DNA of 64,000 nucleotides from an uncultured Candidatus Saccharibacteria bacterium (GCA_964456475.1 CAYVZI010000004.1:7604-71603), one strand, 5' to 3'. Positions 49,977 to 59,371 are shown, numbered from the stretch's first letter. Notes: generated by a model from the letters alone, not told the origin. Program-made: numbers and translations.

Positions 49977-52436
49977 ATGTCCGAAAAAACCCCCAAAGCC
50001 GTTAAGTCAAAGATCAAAAAAGCTCCCACCACCCCGTCTCGAGTACGAGCCACCCCTCCTCGGGCAGGAGGGGATAAAAAACGCCTTGTTTTGCTTGATT
50101 CTCACGCCATAATCCACCGCGCCTATCATGCCATGCCCGAGTTCTCAAGCTCTAATGGCGAGCCTACGGGGGCCCTGTACGGCATTTGCGCCATGCTCAT
50201 GAAGATTGTGACCGACCTCAAGCCTGACTATATTGTGGCAGCCTACGACCTTCCGCAGAAGACATTTCGCCATGAGGCCTATGATGCGTACAAGGGTACT
50301 CGAGGCAAAGCCGACGACAATCTCATTTCTCAAATCAAACGCTCACGAGATATATTTTCTGCATTTAGTATTCCAATGTATGAAGTACCAGGATTCGAAG
50401 CCGATGATATTTTGGGAACAATTGTCGAGCAGACAAGCGCCGACAAAAACGTGAATGTTGTTATTGCCTCTGGTGATATGGATACATTACAGCTCGTTGA
50501 TGACAAAAAAGTGCAAGTCTTCACTTTGAAAAAGGGGTTGAATGACACAATTATGTACGACGAAGAGGCTGTTCGCACGCGATTCGGTTTTGGTCCGAAA
50601 CTGTTGCCAGACTACAAAGGACTTCGCGGTGACCCGTCGGACAACATCATTGGAATTTCTGGTATCGGTGAAAAGACCGCGACAGATCTTATTGTTCAAT
50701 TTGGATCAATCGAAGATATGTACAAAAAATTGAAGAAGGATGAGAGCGCTGTGCTTGCTGTTGTAAAGCCACGCATTGTCGAACTTCTCAAAAACGGGGA
50801 AGAGGAGGCGCTTTTTTCAAAAACACTTGCCACAATTCGTCATGACGCACCGATTACATTTATTCTTCCAGAAAAAGAATTTATGGATGGTGTTGATGTT
50901 TCAAAAATTCAAGATCTTTTCCGTGAGCTCGAATTTCGTGGACTTACTCCACGCGTGAATACGATTTTTGGCAAAGGTGAAAATGTGGTGACACATAGTG
51001 AGGAGGCCAACGAACTCATAGATCCAGTAGAAATAAAAAAAATCGGACTTGGGCTATGGCTCCTCAATTCTGAACTCACCAATATTGGTTACGGAGATAT
51101 TTCTTCATACAAGGGCTCAAAGAACTTTGCTGAAGGAAAGGAAAAAATTCTTGCTGATATCAAAGAGCGAAATCTGACCTACGTGTATGAGAATATTGAA
51201 CTTCCAATTATGCCAATCGTTGAATCGATGGAAAAGCATGGTATTACGCTCGATGTCAAAAAGATGGAAACGCTTGCCGTGGAGGGACACAAAAATCTAT
51301 CTGCAATTGAAAAAAAGATTTACGGCTATGCTGGACGAGAATTCAATATTAATTCTCCAAAGCAACTTGGCGAGATTCTTTTTGACGAACTCAAGGTGGG
51401 GGAGGGTTCAGGTGTGAAGATGAAGAAGACAGAAGGAGGCGCACGCTCCACTCGTGAAAGTGAACTCGTGAAGCTTCAAGGAATTCACCCTATCATCGAC
51501 GAGATTCTGCAATACCGTGAACTCTCAAAATTACTCTCAACATATATAGACACGTTGCCGGCGCTCGCTGGGGAAGACAAGCGCATTCATGCCACATTCA
51601 ATCAAGCTGGCACGACGACTGGTCGATTTAATTCGGCCAATCCAAACATGCAAAATATTCCGGCTGGCGATGGATTTGCCAAAGAAATTCGAACTGCGTT
51701 CGTAGCACCAAAGGGCAAAAAGTTTGTCGCGTTCGACTATTCTCAAATCGAACTTCGCGTCGCCGCTCTTATGTCGGGAGACGATTATCTTATCGATACA
51801 TTTGAAGCAGGGAAGGATATTCACTCGGCCGTAGCGAGTCGTGTGTTTGGTGTTGCCGAAAACGCAGTCACACAAGATATGCGCCGCAAAGCCAAGGTGA
51901 TCAACTTCGGAATCCTCTACGGAATGGGTGTGACCGCACTTCAGCAAAATCTCGGAACATCCCGCAAGGAAGCTCAAGAATTCCATGATGGCTATTTTGC
52001 GAGCTTCCCATCAATCGCAGGGTATATGGATAGCACGACTGAATTTGCCAAGAAGAATGGCTATACCGAAACGCTCTTTGGTCGCCGAAGATATTTTCCA
52101 CTGCTCAAATCTCCGCTTCCATTCCTTCGTGCTGGTGCAGAACGCCAGGCGGGCAATGCTCCGCTCCAGGGTACAGCCGCCGACCTCATCAAGATTGCGA
52201 TTCGTGAAGCTGATGAGGCTCTTTGCAAAGCGGGTCTTATTGATCAAGCTCACCTTATCCTTCAAGTGCATGATGAACTCGTGTATGAAGTTGATGAATC
52301 CGCAGTTGAAAAAGTATCAACTATTGTCGAGCAGGCAATGAAGGACGTTGTTCCACAAGAATTTCTCAAGGGTAAACGCACTGTACCGCTTGAAGTGCAT
52401 GTAGCTATCGGCAACAACTGGGGCGAACTAAAATAA
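49977..52436 (+). CDS. polA: DNA polymerase I
   Basis: 5'-3' exonuclease LLDSH..RAYHA, FEADD, GDPSDN; polymerase DYSQIELR, RRKAKVINFGILYG, QVHDEL. Confidence 0.96.
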   Translation: MSEKTPKAVKSKIKKAPTTPSRVRATPPRAGGDKKRLVLLDSHAIIHRAYHAMPEFSSSNGEPTGALYGICAMLMKIVTDLKPDYIVAAYDLPQKTFRHEAYDAYKGTRGKADDNLISQIKRSRDIFSAFSIPMYEVPGFEADDILGTIVEQTSADKNVNVVIASGDMDTLQLVDDKKVQVFTLKKGLNDTIMYDEEAVRTRFGFGPKLLPDYKGLRGDPSDNIIGISGIGEKTATDLIVQFGSIEDMYKKLKKDESAVLAVVKPRIVELLKNGEEEALFSKTLATIRHDAPITFILPEKEFMDGVDVSKIQDLFRELEFRGLTPRVNTIFGKGENVVTHSEEANELIDPVEIKKIGLGLWLLNSELTNIGYGDISSYKGSKNFAEGKEKILADIKERNLTYVYENIELPIMPIVESMEKHGITLDVKKMETLAVEGHKNLSAIEKKIYGYAGREFNINSPKQLGEILFDELKVGEGSGVKMKKTEGGARSTRESELVKLQGIHPIIDEILQYRELSKLLSTYIDTLPALAGEDKRIHATFNQAGTTTGRFNSANPNMQNIPAGDGFAKEIRTAFVAPKGKKFVAFDYSQIELRVAALMSGDDYLIDTFEAGKDIHSAVASRVFGVAENAVTQDMRRKAKVINFGILYGMGVTALQQNLGTSRKEAQEFHDGYFASFPSIAGYMDSTTEFAKKNGYTETLFGRRRYFPLLKSPLPFLRAGAERQAGNAPLQGTAADLIKIAIREADEALCKAGLIDQAHLILQVHDELVYEVDESAVEKVSTIVEQAMKDVVPQEFLKGKRTVPLEVHVAIGNNWGELK
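50028..50073 (+). repeat. REP-like palindrome in frame in the polA N-terminus
   Basis: accaccccg-t-ctcg(agta)cgag-c-cacccctcct-cgggc-aggagggg. Confidence 0.75.
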
Positions 52437-52472
52437 TTTGTACCTAGATACACCTTGGTGTAGACTTCACTT

Positions 52473-52952
52473 ATGGAATCAACTCAATCAGAAGGGAGAG
52501 CAGGGCTTTCGGTGCATCAGATCCTGGCCCAGGGATACCTCATTTATTTAGCGGCTATTGTCGTGGGTTTTGGGGTGAGCTACATCTGGCCAGAAAACAT
52601 CTCTATCCCATACGAAGGGTCGTGGGGAATGCTTGGAATTGTCCTCGGAACTCTCCTTATATATTGGGCACAACACGCTTCAGGTAGAACTTCTCCGCTT
52701 CGTAGTGGACAAGTTATTGAACCGCACCATTTTTGTGTGGGTCCTTACAAATGGACACGCAGCCCAACGCAATACGGACTTTTTCTCATGTCACTCGGGC
52801 TTGCACTTCTCTATGGCTCTCTCTATATGGTGATTGGCACGGTGATTGCACTTCTCGTTGGGAAATTCGTAATCATCAAAGCTGAAGAAAAGAAATTGGC
52901 GGAAAAATATGGACAGCCATATTTGGATTATCAGAAAGAAGTAAAATTTTAG
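52473..52952 (+). CDS. Isoprenylcysteine carboxylmethyltransferase/PEMT family membrane protein
   Basis: GPYKWTRSP.QYG; IKAEEKKLAEKYGQPYLDYQKEV. Confidence 0.8.
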   Translation: MESTQSEGRAGLSVHQILAQGYLIYLAAIVVGFGVSYIWPENISIPYEGSWGMLGIVLGTLLIYWAQHASGRTSPLRSGQVIEPHHFCVGPYKWTRSPTQYGLFLMSLGLALLYGSLYMVIGTVIALLVGKFVIIKAEEKKLAEKYGQPYLDYQKEVKF

Positions 52953-53037
52953 GGGATAGGGTACAGGGTTTAGGGTATAGAAATTCCTAACCCCTAACCC
53001 CTAACCCCTAACCCCTAACCCCTAACCCCTAACCCCT
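52948..53037. repeat. Telomere-like inverted heptamer arrays: degenerate TAGGG array followed by (CCCCTAA)x7
   Basis: tttaggggatagggtacagggtttaggg then cctaacccctaacccctaacccctaacccctaacccctaacccctaacccct. Confidence 0.9.
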
Positions 53038-53041
53038 CGCA

Positions 53042-53770
53042 ATGCTCACAGTCTTAGTTGGAAATGATAGTGCAAAAAGAAAGAAGCGCTTCGAAGCGCT
53101 TCTTTTGCCGTTTCAAAAAAACGGGACGGATGTACAGTCATTCACTGATGTGAATTTTGATCCGAATGTGTTTCGAACTCTTGCGGAAAGTATGTCGCTC
53201 TTTGGCGGAGTAAGTGTCGTGACACTTACCGGTATTTGCGACATTGCAGAACTTCGTGATGAATTTGAAAAAATAATTCCAATACTATCTGAATCACCGA
53301 ATCAATTCATCATTTGCGAAAATAGTTTTCTCGCACCATTTTTGCAAAAAGTACAAAAGAAGGGTGGTGTTGTAGAAAAATTTGAACTCGCTGAAAAAAT
53401 AAAAAAAGAAGAAGCGTTCAATTCATTTCTTTTGACGGATGCGTTTTCTGCGCGAACACGATCGAGTGTATGGGGACTTTATCGTAAAGCAATTGAACTC
53501 GGAGTGGAACCACGCGAACTTGCCGGCAAACTTTTTTGGGCGACAAAAAATATGCTGATCGCAAAAAAAACAAATGGAGCGGGGGAGAGTGGAATCAATC
53601 CTTTTGTGTATCAGAAAGCGAAAACAGGAAGTAAAAATTTTTCTGATGCCGAGCTCGAAAAAATCGCATTTGATCTCACAACACTCTTTCATGAATCAAT
53701 GCTTTCTGGAATTGAATTCGAACCAGCACTTGAAGCGTTACTTTTGAGATCGTTGGAAAAAACTAAGTAA
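53042..53770 (+). CDS. holA: DNA polymerase III delta subunit (HolA-like, short)
   Basis: ESMSLFGG; F.LTDAF..R; GINPFVYQKA..SKNFS. Confidence 0.65.
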   Translation: MLTVLVGNDSAKRKKRFEALLLPFQKNGTDVQSFTDVNFDPNVFRTLAESMSLFGGVSVVTLTGICDIAELRDEFEKIIPILSESPNQFIICENSFLAPFLQKVQKKGGVVEKFELAEKIKKEEAFNSFLLTDAFSARTRSSVWGLYRKAIELGVEPRELAGKLFWATKNMLIAKKTNGAGESGINPFVYQKAKTGSKNFSDAELEKIAFDLTTLFHESMLSGIEFEPALEALLLRSLEKTK

Positions 53771-53798
53771 GGGTTTAGGTGATAGGGGTTAGGGTCTA
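53768..53798. repeat. Degenerate TTAGGG-like heptamer array
   Basis: taagggtttaggtgataggggttagggtcta. Confidence 0.65.
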
Positions 53799-54261
53799 GT
53801 TAATACGAATCACAGTTCAAAACACATTTTTATTTTTTTTTGTTATAAAAAAAAGAGCCTGGAATTTATTTTTGAATTTTTCAAAAACAAGTTCCAGGCT
53901 CTTTAGATATTCGCACTAGCCTTTAGTTGGAGTTATTAACTCCGGTTTATTTTAGAATGTACCGTACAAAGAGTAAGGAGAAAAATTTTCAAAAGTTTTA
54001 ATGGGTGAGTCGATAGCCACTTACTTCTATCTTTCATACCATTATCTCTAATAGAACAAAATGTTCCTAAACAATTGAAATCTCTTTGCGAAATGCAGAA
54101 GCAATAGTTTGTATAAAACCCTAAGTGGGTAACTTCACAATTGCAACAACCTGCTATCTCTATTTGTAATTAGTATACCTCGAATTTTGGAGACAAAAGG
54201 GGATATTAGAAGATTCTTGGGGATAACTAAAAATCCCCATACGGGGATTTGTAGAAAACCT

Positions 54262-54798
54262 TTATTTTACAGTCTTTTTTGCGAGGAGGAGAAGAAGGAG
54301 TAGTGAGGCAAAACTCACAAGTCCCATTACTGGTATGGTAATAAATCCATACTCGTGGACATACTTGATGAGACACGATGGACCTGATGCTTCACAAGGA
54401 AGAACTGATTTGCCTATACTTTCTGATACTACGTGGAAGATAGAAACAGCGAGTCCAAATAATGTTAGACCAATCGCATAGTCAGTAATCTTGAAATCTT
54501 TTTTCCAAAGTGCGATGCCAAACAAAATTACTTGAGGATAAAATGCAATGCGTGTGTACCAACAAAGTAGACATGGTGGGTAGCCAATCACATTTGAGTA
54601 GATAAGACTTGAGATTGCTGCAGCGAGTGCAATAAAAAATCCGATAAACAAAATATTTTTTTGGACGACAAAATGTATTTTTTTTGAAAATGCATTTTCT
54701 GGAATAAGAAGACAGTAGATCAAAACAATACTCAATAGTATTCCAGCAAAAACTGAGATACTCATAATTTGATTGAAGAAAAAAGTAAATGTTTCCAT
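54262..54798 (-). CDS. Disulfide bond formation protein B (DsbB/BdbC family)
   Basis: GYPPCLLCWYTRIAFYP; C..GPSC; FITIPVM. Confidence 0.88.
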   Translation of the reverse strand: METFTFFFNQIMSISVFAGILLSIVLIYCLLIPENAFSKKIHFVVQKNILFIGFFIALAAAISSLIYSNVIGYPPCLLCWYTRIAFYPQVILFGIALWKKDFKITDYAIGLTLFGLAVSIFHVVSESIGKSVLPCEASGPSCLIKYVHEYGFITIPVMGLVSFASLLLLLLLAKKTVK

Positions 54799-54803
54799 AT
54801 AGA

Positions 54804-55427
54804 TTAGTTGGATACTTTTTCCTCGTCGCTAAGAGATGTTGTTTCTGTAGGTGAGGGGATGCCCGCTTGTCGAGCTAATTCATCAAGAGCAATTTTTCCA
54901 CGAAGTTGTGACCCGGGAACAAAGCTCCATACATCTCCCGTCTGGATTGGATCTGTGTCGCTCGCGACCACACCCACTCCTTTGAAAATATGAACACGGA
55001 ATGTTTTTGATCGAACATTTTTACACGATGCATCTTCGCCTTCTTGTGCGGTTGTCTCACAAATTGCAGGTTTGCCCGCGTACGTTATTTTGATACCATT
55101 GGGAAATTTCCATGTTGGATAACTCTCAATTTTTTCGTCATCACAAATTTGTTTTTGATCTCTTCCATCGGGTGTAGAACATTCCACATAGAGTCCTGCT
55201 CTCTCAAGTGATTGGCGAGAAGCATCAAGCGCTTTCTCTTGTTCTTGGCAGTGAGGACACCAGAATGCTCCGTAGAATTTTGCACCGCTATCTTTGAGTG
55301 CTGTGACGAACGTAGAATATTTTCCCGCAGTTCCTGAACCGCGAACGACAAGGGTCATTAGAGTGGTAATTGCAACGAGTATGAGCACAAAGATAATAAT
55401 GCGAGTTTTTGTTGATTTGTTTTCCAT
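54804..55427 (-). CDS. Membrane-anchored thioredoxin-fold protein
   Basis: FYGAFWCPHCQEQ; YVEC; IESYPTW. Confidence 0.85.
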   Translation of the reverse strand: MENKSTKTRIIIFVLILVAITTLMTLVVRGSGTAGKYSTFVTALKDSGAKFYGAFWCPHCQEQEKALDASRQSLERAGLYVECSTPDGRDQKQICDDEKIESYPTWKFPNGIKITYAGKPAICETTAQEGEDASCKNVRSKTFRVHIFKGVGVVASDTDPIQTGDVWSFVPGSQLRGKIALDELARQAGIPSPTETTSLSDEEKVSN

Positions 55428-55529
55428 ACTTTGGATTATACCCCTTTTCTTTAGCCGGGGACAGCATTCTTTTTTCTTGATTTATAAGCCGATTTATGGT
55501 ATTTTCGATTGTACTTGTGCTTTCAATAT

Positions 55530-55602
55530 CCACCCGTAGCTCAGTCGGTAGAGCAGCTCCCTTTTAAGGAGAGGGTCGTTGGTTCGATTCCAACCGGGTG
55601 GA
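55530..55602 (+). tRNA. tRNA-Lys(UUU), CCA not encoded
   Basis: CCACCCG/CGGGTGG acceptor, GCTC/GAGC D arm, CTTTTAA anticodon loop, GTTGG-TTCGATT-CCAAC T arm. Confidence 0.95.
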
Positions 55603-55794
55603 CGATTAGAAAAATGAGCCGGTCTCTTCAGGAGGCCGGCCGTTTTTCTTTCGCCCACCCGAGCAAGCAAACTTCTTTGCTTGCGGGTTGGAATCGAAGC
55701 CCGCAGTCATATTTTTTCAGCAGAAAAAATGGCGAGGGCAGGCCCTAGCAAAAATTTGAGTGGCGACGAAAATTTTATGCAGGGCGATTCCTGC
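55603..55794. other. tRNA trailer element carrying an antisense copy of the tRNA-Lys 3' half
   Basis: tcgcccacccg (55651-61) and gttggaatcgaa (55687-98) complement the tRNA 3' half; TTTTTCAGCAGAAAAA hairpin. Confidence 0.75.
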
Positions 55795-55830
55795 TGAACA
55801 AAATGTATATTTTCATGTAGTATGCAATGT

Positions 55831-56301
55831 ATGACTACCGCCGTCCTCATCCTTCCCGATATCCGAAGCACTCATAACGTGGGGGCTATTTTCCGTACCG
55901 CTGATGCTGTCGGAATAACAAAAATATACCTTGTGGGAATTACGCCGTCACCGCTTGATCGGTTTGGACGACCCCGACCGGATATTGCCAAATCGGCTCT
56001 TGGAGCAGAAAAGACCGTACCATATGAATCTCGTGAAGAAATTGGCTCACTCTTGGACGAACTTAAAAAAGATGGATACACAATCGTTGCAATCGAACAA
56101 TCAAAAAATTCTGTTGATTATAAAGAGGTGAAGAAAAAAGAAAAAATGGCCTTTGTCCTCGGTCCTGAAGTAACAGGACTACCCAAAACTATCTTAAATC
56201 AATGCGATGTTATCGCGGAGATTCCAATGGCAGGGGAGAAAGAATCACTGAATGTTTCGGTTGCAACTGGAGTCGCGCTCTTTCGAATTTTAAATCGTTA
56301 G
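55831..56301 (+). CDS. TrmH/SpoU family RNA methyltransferase
   Basis: HNVGAIFRTAD, LGPEVTGL, IPMAGEKESLNVSVA. Confidence 0.92.
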   Translation: MTTAVLILPDIRSTHNVGAIFRTADAVGITKIYLVGITPSPLDRFGRPRPDIAKSALGAEKTVPYESREEIGSLLDELKKDGYTIVAIEQSKNSVDYKEVKKKEKMAFVLGPEVTGLPKTILNQCDVIAEIPMAGEKESLNVSVATGVALFRILNR

Positions 56302-56304
56302 ATT

Positions 56305-56372
56305 GTCATCCCGGACTTGATCCGGGATCCACGGAAAATTTGAATGGATTCCGGCTCGGAGGCCGGAATAAC
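56305..56372. repeat. Gene-free REP doublet related to the GIY-YIG cassette arms
   Basis: gtcatcccggacttgatccgggatcca-13 nt-tggattccggctcggaggccggaataac. Confidence 0.8.
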
Positions 56373-56381
56373 ACAAGATGA

Positions 56382-57338
56382 CTACACAAACAATTTCTGA
56401 TGCACTTCGCAGAAGTGAGCACTGCGTCCGCCAACGATTATTCTTTTTATACTTCCGTTACATCCACGTTTTTTGCATTTGCTCCCGGTGAGCCGATAGG
56501 CATTATGCTGATGGCTGAATTTTCCGCGCGTGCCATCTATCTGGCGATAGTCACTTGTGGAATCTCCACCGAAATCGATGCCTTTGTTGAGCACTGTTTG
56601 TACTGCAGGGAATAGTTCCCCCATACTTTTTTCAGGAATTTTTGAAACGATGGAATTCGGATGGATGCCGGCAAGCCACAATGCTTCGTCAGAATAAATA
56701 TTGCCGACTCCAGAAATCACCGACTGGTCCATTAGTACCGATTTTATTTTCCCAGATTTCTTTTGGTTGGTTCGCTCGGCGAATTCCTTATAGCTGAAAC
56801 TTTTTTCTAACGGCTCAGGTCCAAGAGTATCAAGATGTTTTGTTTGATGGGCATCTTTTGTGGAGAGGAGGGTGACTTTGGCAAATTTGCGGACGTCAGA
56901 AAGCACGAGTTGTTTGCCGTTGGTAAATGAAATCACAAAATGGAGGAATCGATTGTATGGATCGCGGAGCGCTTCATTTTTTTCTTTTGGGCTCGGTTCC
57001 CAGCATTCCATCTCTTTTCCTTTTTCATTTTTACTTTTTATTTTCATGTATGTCCCAAACATCACATGGCCGGTCATTTTCATGTGAATGAGGATTGTGT
57101 GATTATCTGACAAATTAATCAGAATGTTTTTTGCGCGACGTTCGGCAGAAATGATTTTTTTGCCACACACGGCTTTTTGCATTGCATCAAAGAAGGGGAG
57201 GTATTTGATACTCTCTTTATAATCAGGTCTTGAAACCGTCTTTTTTGCCAAGTCTGTCCAGATCTCTTTGATTGTGAGACCTCGGGCCACCATATTGATA
57301 CCATTGACGGTAGTTTGGACTTCAGGAAGTTCAGGCAT
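56382..57338 (-). CDS. mutM: Formamidopyrimidine-DNA glycosylase
   Basis: MPELPEV, RRAK, HMKMTG, LGPEP, GVGNIYSDEAL; C-terminal Zn finger. Confidence 0.95.
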   Translation of the reverse strand: MPELPEVQTTVNGINMVARGLTIKEIWTDLAKKTVSRPDYKESIKYLPFFDAMQKAVCGKKIISAERRAKNILINLSDNHTILIHMKMTGHVMFGTYMKIKSKNEKGKEMECWEPSPKEKNEALRDPYNRFLHFVISFTNGKQLVLSDVRKFAKVTLLSTKDAHQTKHLDTLGPEPLEKSFSYKEFAERTNQKKSGKIKSVLMDQSVISGVGNIYSDEALWLAGIHPNSIVSKIPEKSMGELFPAVQTVLNKGIDFGGDSTSDYRQIDGTRGKFSHQHNAYRLTGSKCKKRGCNGSIKRIIVGGRSAHFCEVHQKLFV

Positions 57339-57404
57339 AAAAACATAGTAGCATAAATTGACAAATGATAATTTTTATGTCAGTTTATATTCAAACTATA
57401 GAAA

Positions 57405-57890
57405 ATGAGAAAAATTATGTTGGTTGATGAGACCGTTCTCTCCGATATTCGGATCAATGGAGGCACAGATGCTCAATTAATGAAAAAAATACAAAGCGTA
57501 CGCCTTGGTGATGGCACTGAATATTTGCTTCATGGCCAAAAACTATATGCCGTTGCAAGTACTCAAATTATGCATCCAGTAATAATTACACCCCAGGATC
57601 TGGGTTTTACAGAAGAACCTACCTATATGGAGCTTATCAAGAAGTTACATTCGAGCACTGCATACCATCCATGCAGGCACGAGTTAGCCCTTGCCTTGTA
57701 TGAAGCACCTCTCGCAGAAGAGTTGCCAATTGCAATGTGGCCATTTGTGTTCAATGATGGTTCAGAAACCTCCTATTTCTTTTATATTAAAAAAAATAAG
57801 GGACAGAATATTCTTGACCATGAAGCAATGCGCAAGGATGCCAAGATTTCGTTAGAAAGAGAATTTATTGCCATAGAATGGGCAGAATAA
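57405..57890 (+). CDS. Hypothetical protein resembling CPR CLec-like DGR-target families
   Basis: TPQDLGF...Y.EL...PC.HELAL.L...IAM.P...DG motif pattern. Confidence 0.45.
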   Translation: MRKIMLVDETVLSDIRINGGTDAQLMKKIQSVRLGDGTEYLLHGQKLYAVASTQIMHPVIITPQDLGFTEEPTYMELIKKLHSSTAYHPCRHELALALYEAPLAEELPIAMWPFVFNDGSETSYFFYIKKNKGQNILDHEAMRKDAKISLEREFIAIEWAE

Positions 57891-57912
57891 TAAAAAACCC
57901 CAACCGGGGTTT

Positions 57913-58491
57913 TTATTTTTGACCAAGAATTTTTAGAGCTTCCTTGATTCGAGCGTTCGTTCCTACAATTTCCACAGGAACTTCTTTGAGTGCGTCGCGG
58001 GCTTCGTTCTGAGAATAGCCGAGAGACTTGAGTGCTTCTACGACGTCCGATTCAGCGCGGAGCTCGTGAGGGTTTTCTTTGGTATCGACATGTGCCTTGA
58101 GTTTGTCGCGGAGTTCAAGTACCACTTTTTCGGCGGTCTTGCGACCAATACCAGAAACTTTGGTGAGATAGCTTGTGTCACCAGTAGCGATGGCTTTTTT
58201 GAGAATGTTGGTTGATGTGGCACTCAAGATGCCAAGTGCACCTTTTGGTCCAATACCAGAAACAGAAATGAGAAGCTGAAAAAAATCTTCTTCTTCGCGT
58301 GAAGCAAATCCATACAAGTCGAGTGCATCTTCTCTGACGACGAGATAAGTAAAGAGGGAAGTCGGGGTGTCCTCACGAAGACTGGCGAGTGTCTCGGTCG
58401 AGCAATATACTTTGTACCCCACGCCATTTACATCGACGACGACGAACTTTTCGGAAAGCTCAATAATGGTGCCACTGAGGTGGGAAATCAT
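57913..58491 (-). CDS. ruvA: Holliday junction DNA-binding protein
   Basis: VNGVGY, VREDALDLYGF, SVSGIGPKGAL, GIGRKTAEK..LEL, ALKSLGYS. Confidence 0.96.
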   Translation of the reverse strand: MISHLSGTIIELSEKFVVVDVNGVGYKVYCSTETLASLREDTPTSLFTYLVVREDALDLYGFASREEEDFFQLLISVSGIGPKGALGILSATSTNILKKAIATGDTSYLTKVSGIGRKTAEKVVLELRDKLKAHVDTKENPHELRAESDVVEALKSLGYSQNEARDALKEVPVEIVGTNARIKEALKILGQK

Positions 58492-58619
58492 ATGAACAGT
58501 ATATAGCTTATAGAGTATAGCGTATAGGGGTATTGACTTTTAGCACAGATATGTGATATAATATACAAGATACATTCATTTCAAACAAGGCTGTCAAAAG
58601 CCTTTAAAAACACATTGTC

Positions 58620-59315
58620 ATGGCAGAAAAATTCAATGTCACAGGCGAACAAGATCTCAACATCGACAAACAGATGTTTGAAATCAAGAGGCAGATCCGT
58701 CAGAAAGGCGGTAGCCCAATTGACCCAAAACTTGTCGCCCTTGCATTGCAAGACGTAGTTATGGGGAAGTTCCATTCTGAAATTATGAAAGACAAGGTTG
58801 TATCGCAACCGAATTTTTCATTTTTAGAAATCAAGCAAACAGGAATTGTTATTCCCTGTCTTACCGAGCAGTTTATTCCAAACGATATATTTCGGAATAA
58901 CTCAAAAGTAAAATACTATTTGGGGGATAATTACAAAAAGTATTTGGTTGATAAAACGCAACCATTTAATACTCTACCTGAAGCCATTGTTGATAAGTCT
59001 GTCTTGAAGAAGCAGACAACCGATAAGGACATTATGACAGCAATAGGCGTGAGCGAGACCGAAAATCTGCTTTCTGAAGAGGAAATCTTGTATCGCACAA
59101 GTTACTTAACGGAACAACAGCCAAATGGTGAAAAAGGATTACTTCTTACAGATGGAAGCTGGACCATTATTGGTTACTTTCTTTGTAGTGATGGAGTGGT
59201 TCGCGTTGCGGACGTCCGCTGGCTTGGTGGCAGCTGGGACTGTTTCGTGAGCGACCTCGGCTACTGGGGCGAGGGCCTTGAGGTGCTTTCTCGCAACGGT
59301 ATCTTAAAACCTTAA
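58620..59315 (+). CDS. DGR target (variable) protein with C-terminal VR
   Basis: C-terminal region 59195-59297 matches TR, differing only at TR adenines. Confidence 0.92.
   Translation: MAEKFNVTGEQDLNIDKQMFEIKRQIRQKGGSPIDPKLVALALQDVVMGKFHSEIMKDKVVSQPNFSFLEIKQTGIVIPCLTEQFIPNDIFRNNSKVKYYLGDNYKKYLVDKTQPFNTLPEAIVDKSVLKKQTTDKDIMTAIGVSETENLLSEEEILYRTSYLTEQQPNGEKGLLLTDGSWTIIGYFLCSDGVVRVADVRWLGGSWDCFVSDLGYWGEGLEVLSRNGILKP
59195..59297 (+). repeat. DGR variable repeat (VR)
   Basis: 103-nt ungapped match to 59615-59717 (offset 420); 18 mismatches, all opposite A in TR. Confidence 0.96.
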
Positions 59316-59337
59316 TTTTCTTGATACTTATAATCTT

Positions 59338-59371
59338 AAATACTTGGACTCTTTGTCCAGGTATTTTTTTT
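59338..59371 (+). terminator. Hairpin plus T-run after VR (terminator and/or DGR cis hairpin)
   Basis: aaatacttggac-tcttt-gtccaggtattt followed by a T-run. Confidence 0.65.

Noticed and set aside
52948-53037. Eukaryotic telomere contamination
   Set aside because: The array sits neatly between two intact bacterial genes, and related degenerate arrays occur throughout the window; read-level confirmation is still advisable.
55603-55794. Prophage or ICE att site at tRNA-Lys (and likewise at tRNA-Arg)
   Set aside because: The duplicated tRNA end is inverted and interrupted, not direct, and no integrase is nearby.
57913-58491. ruvA separated from ruvB and ruvC
   Set aside because: Split ruv loci are common and not informative alone.
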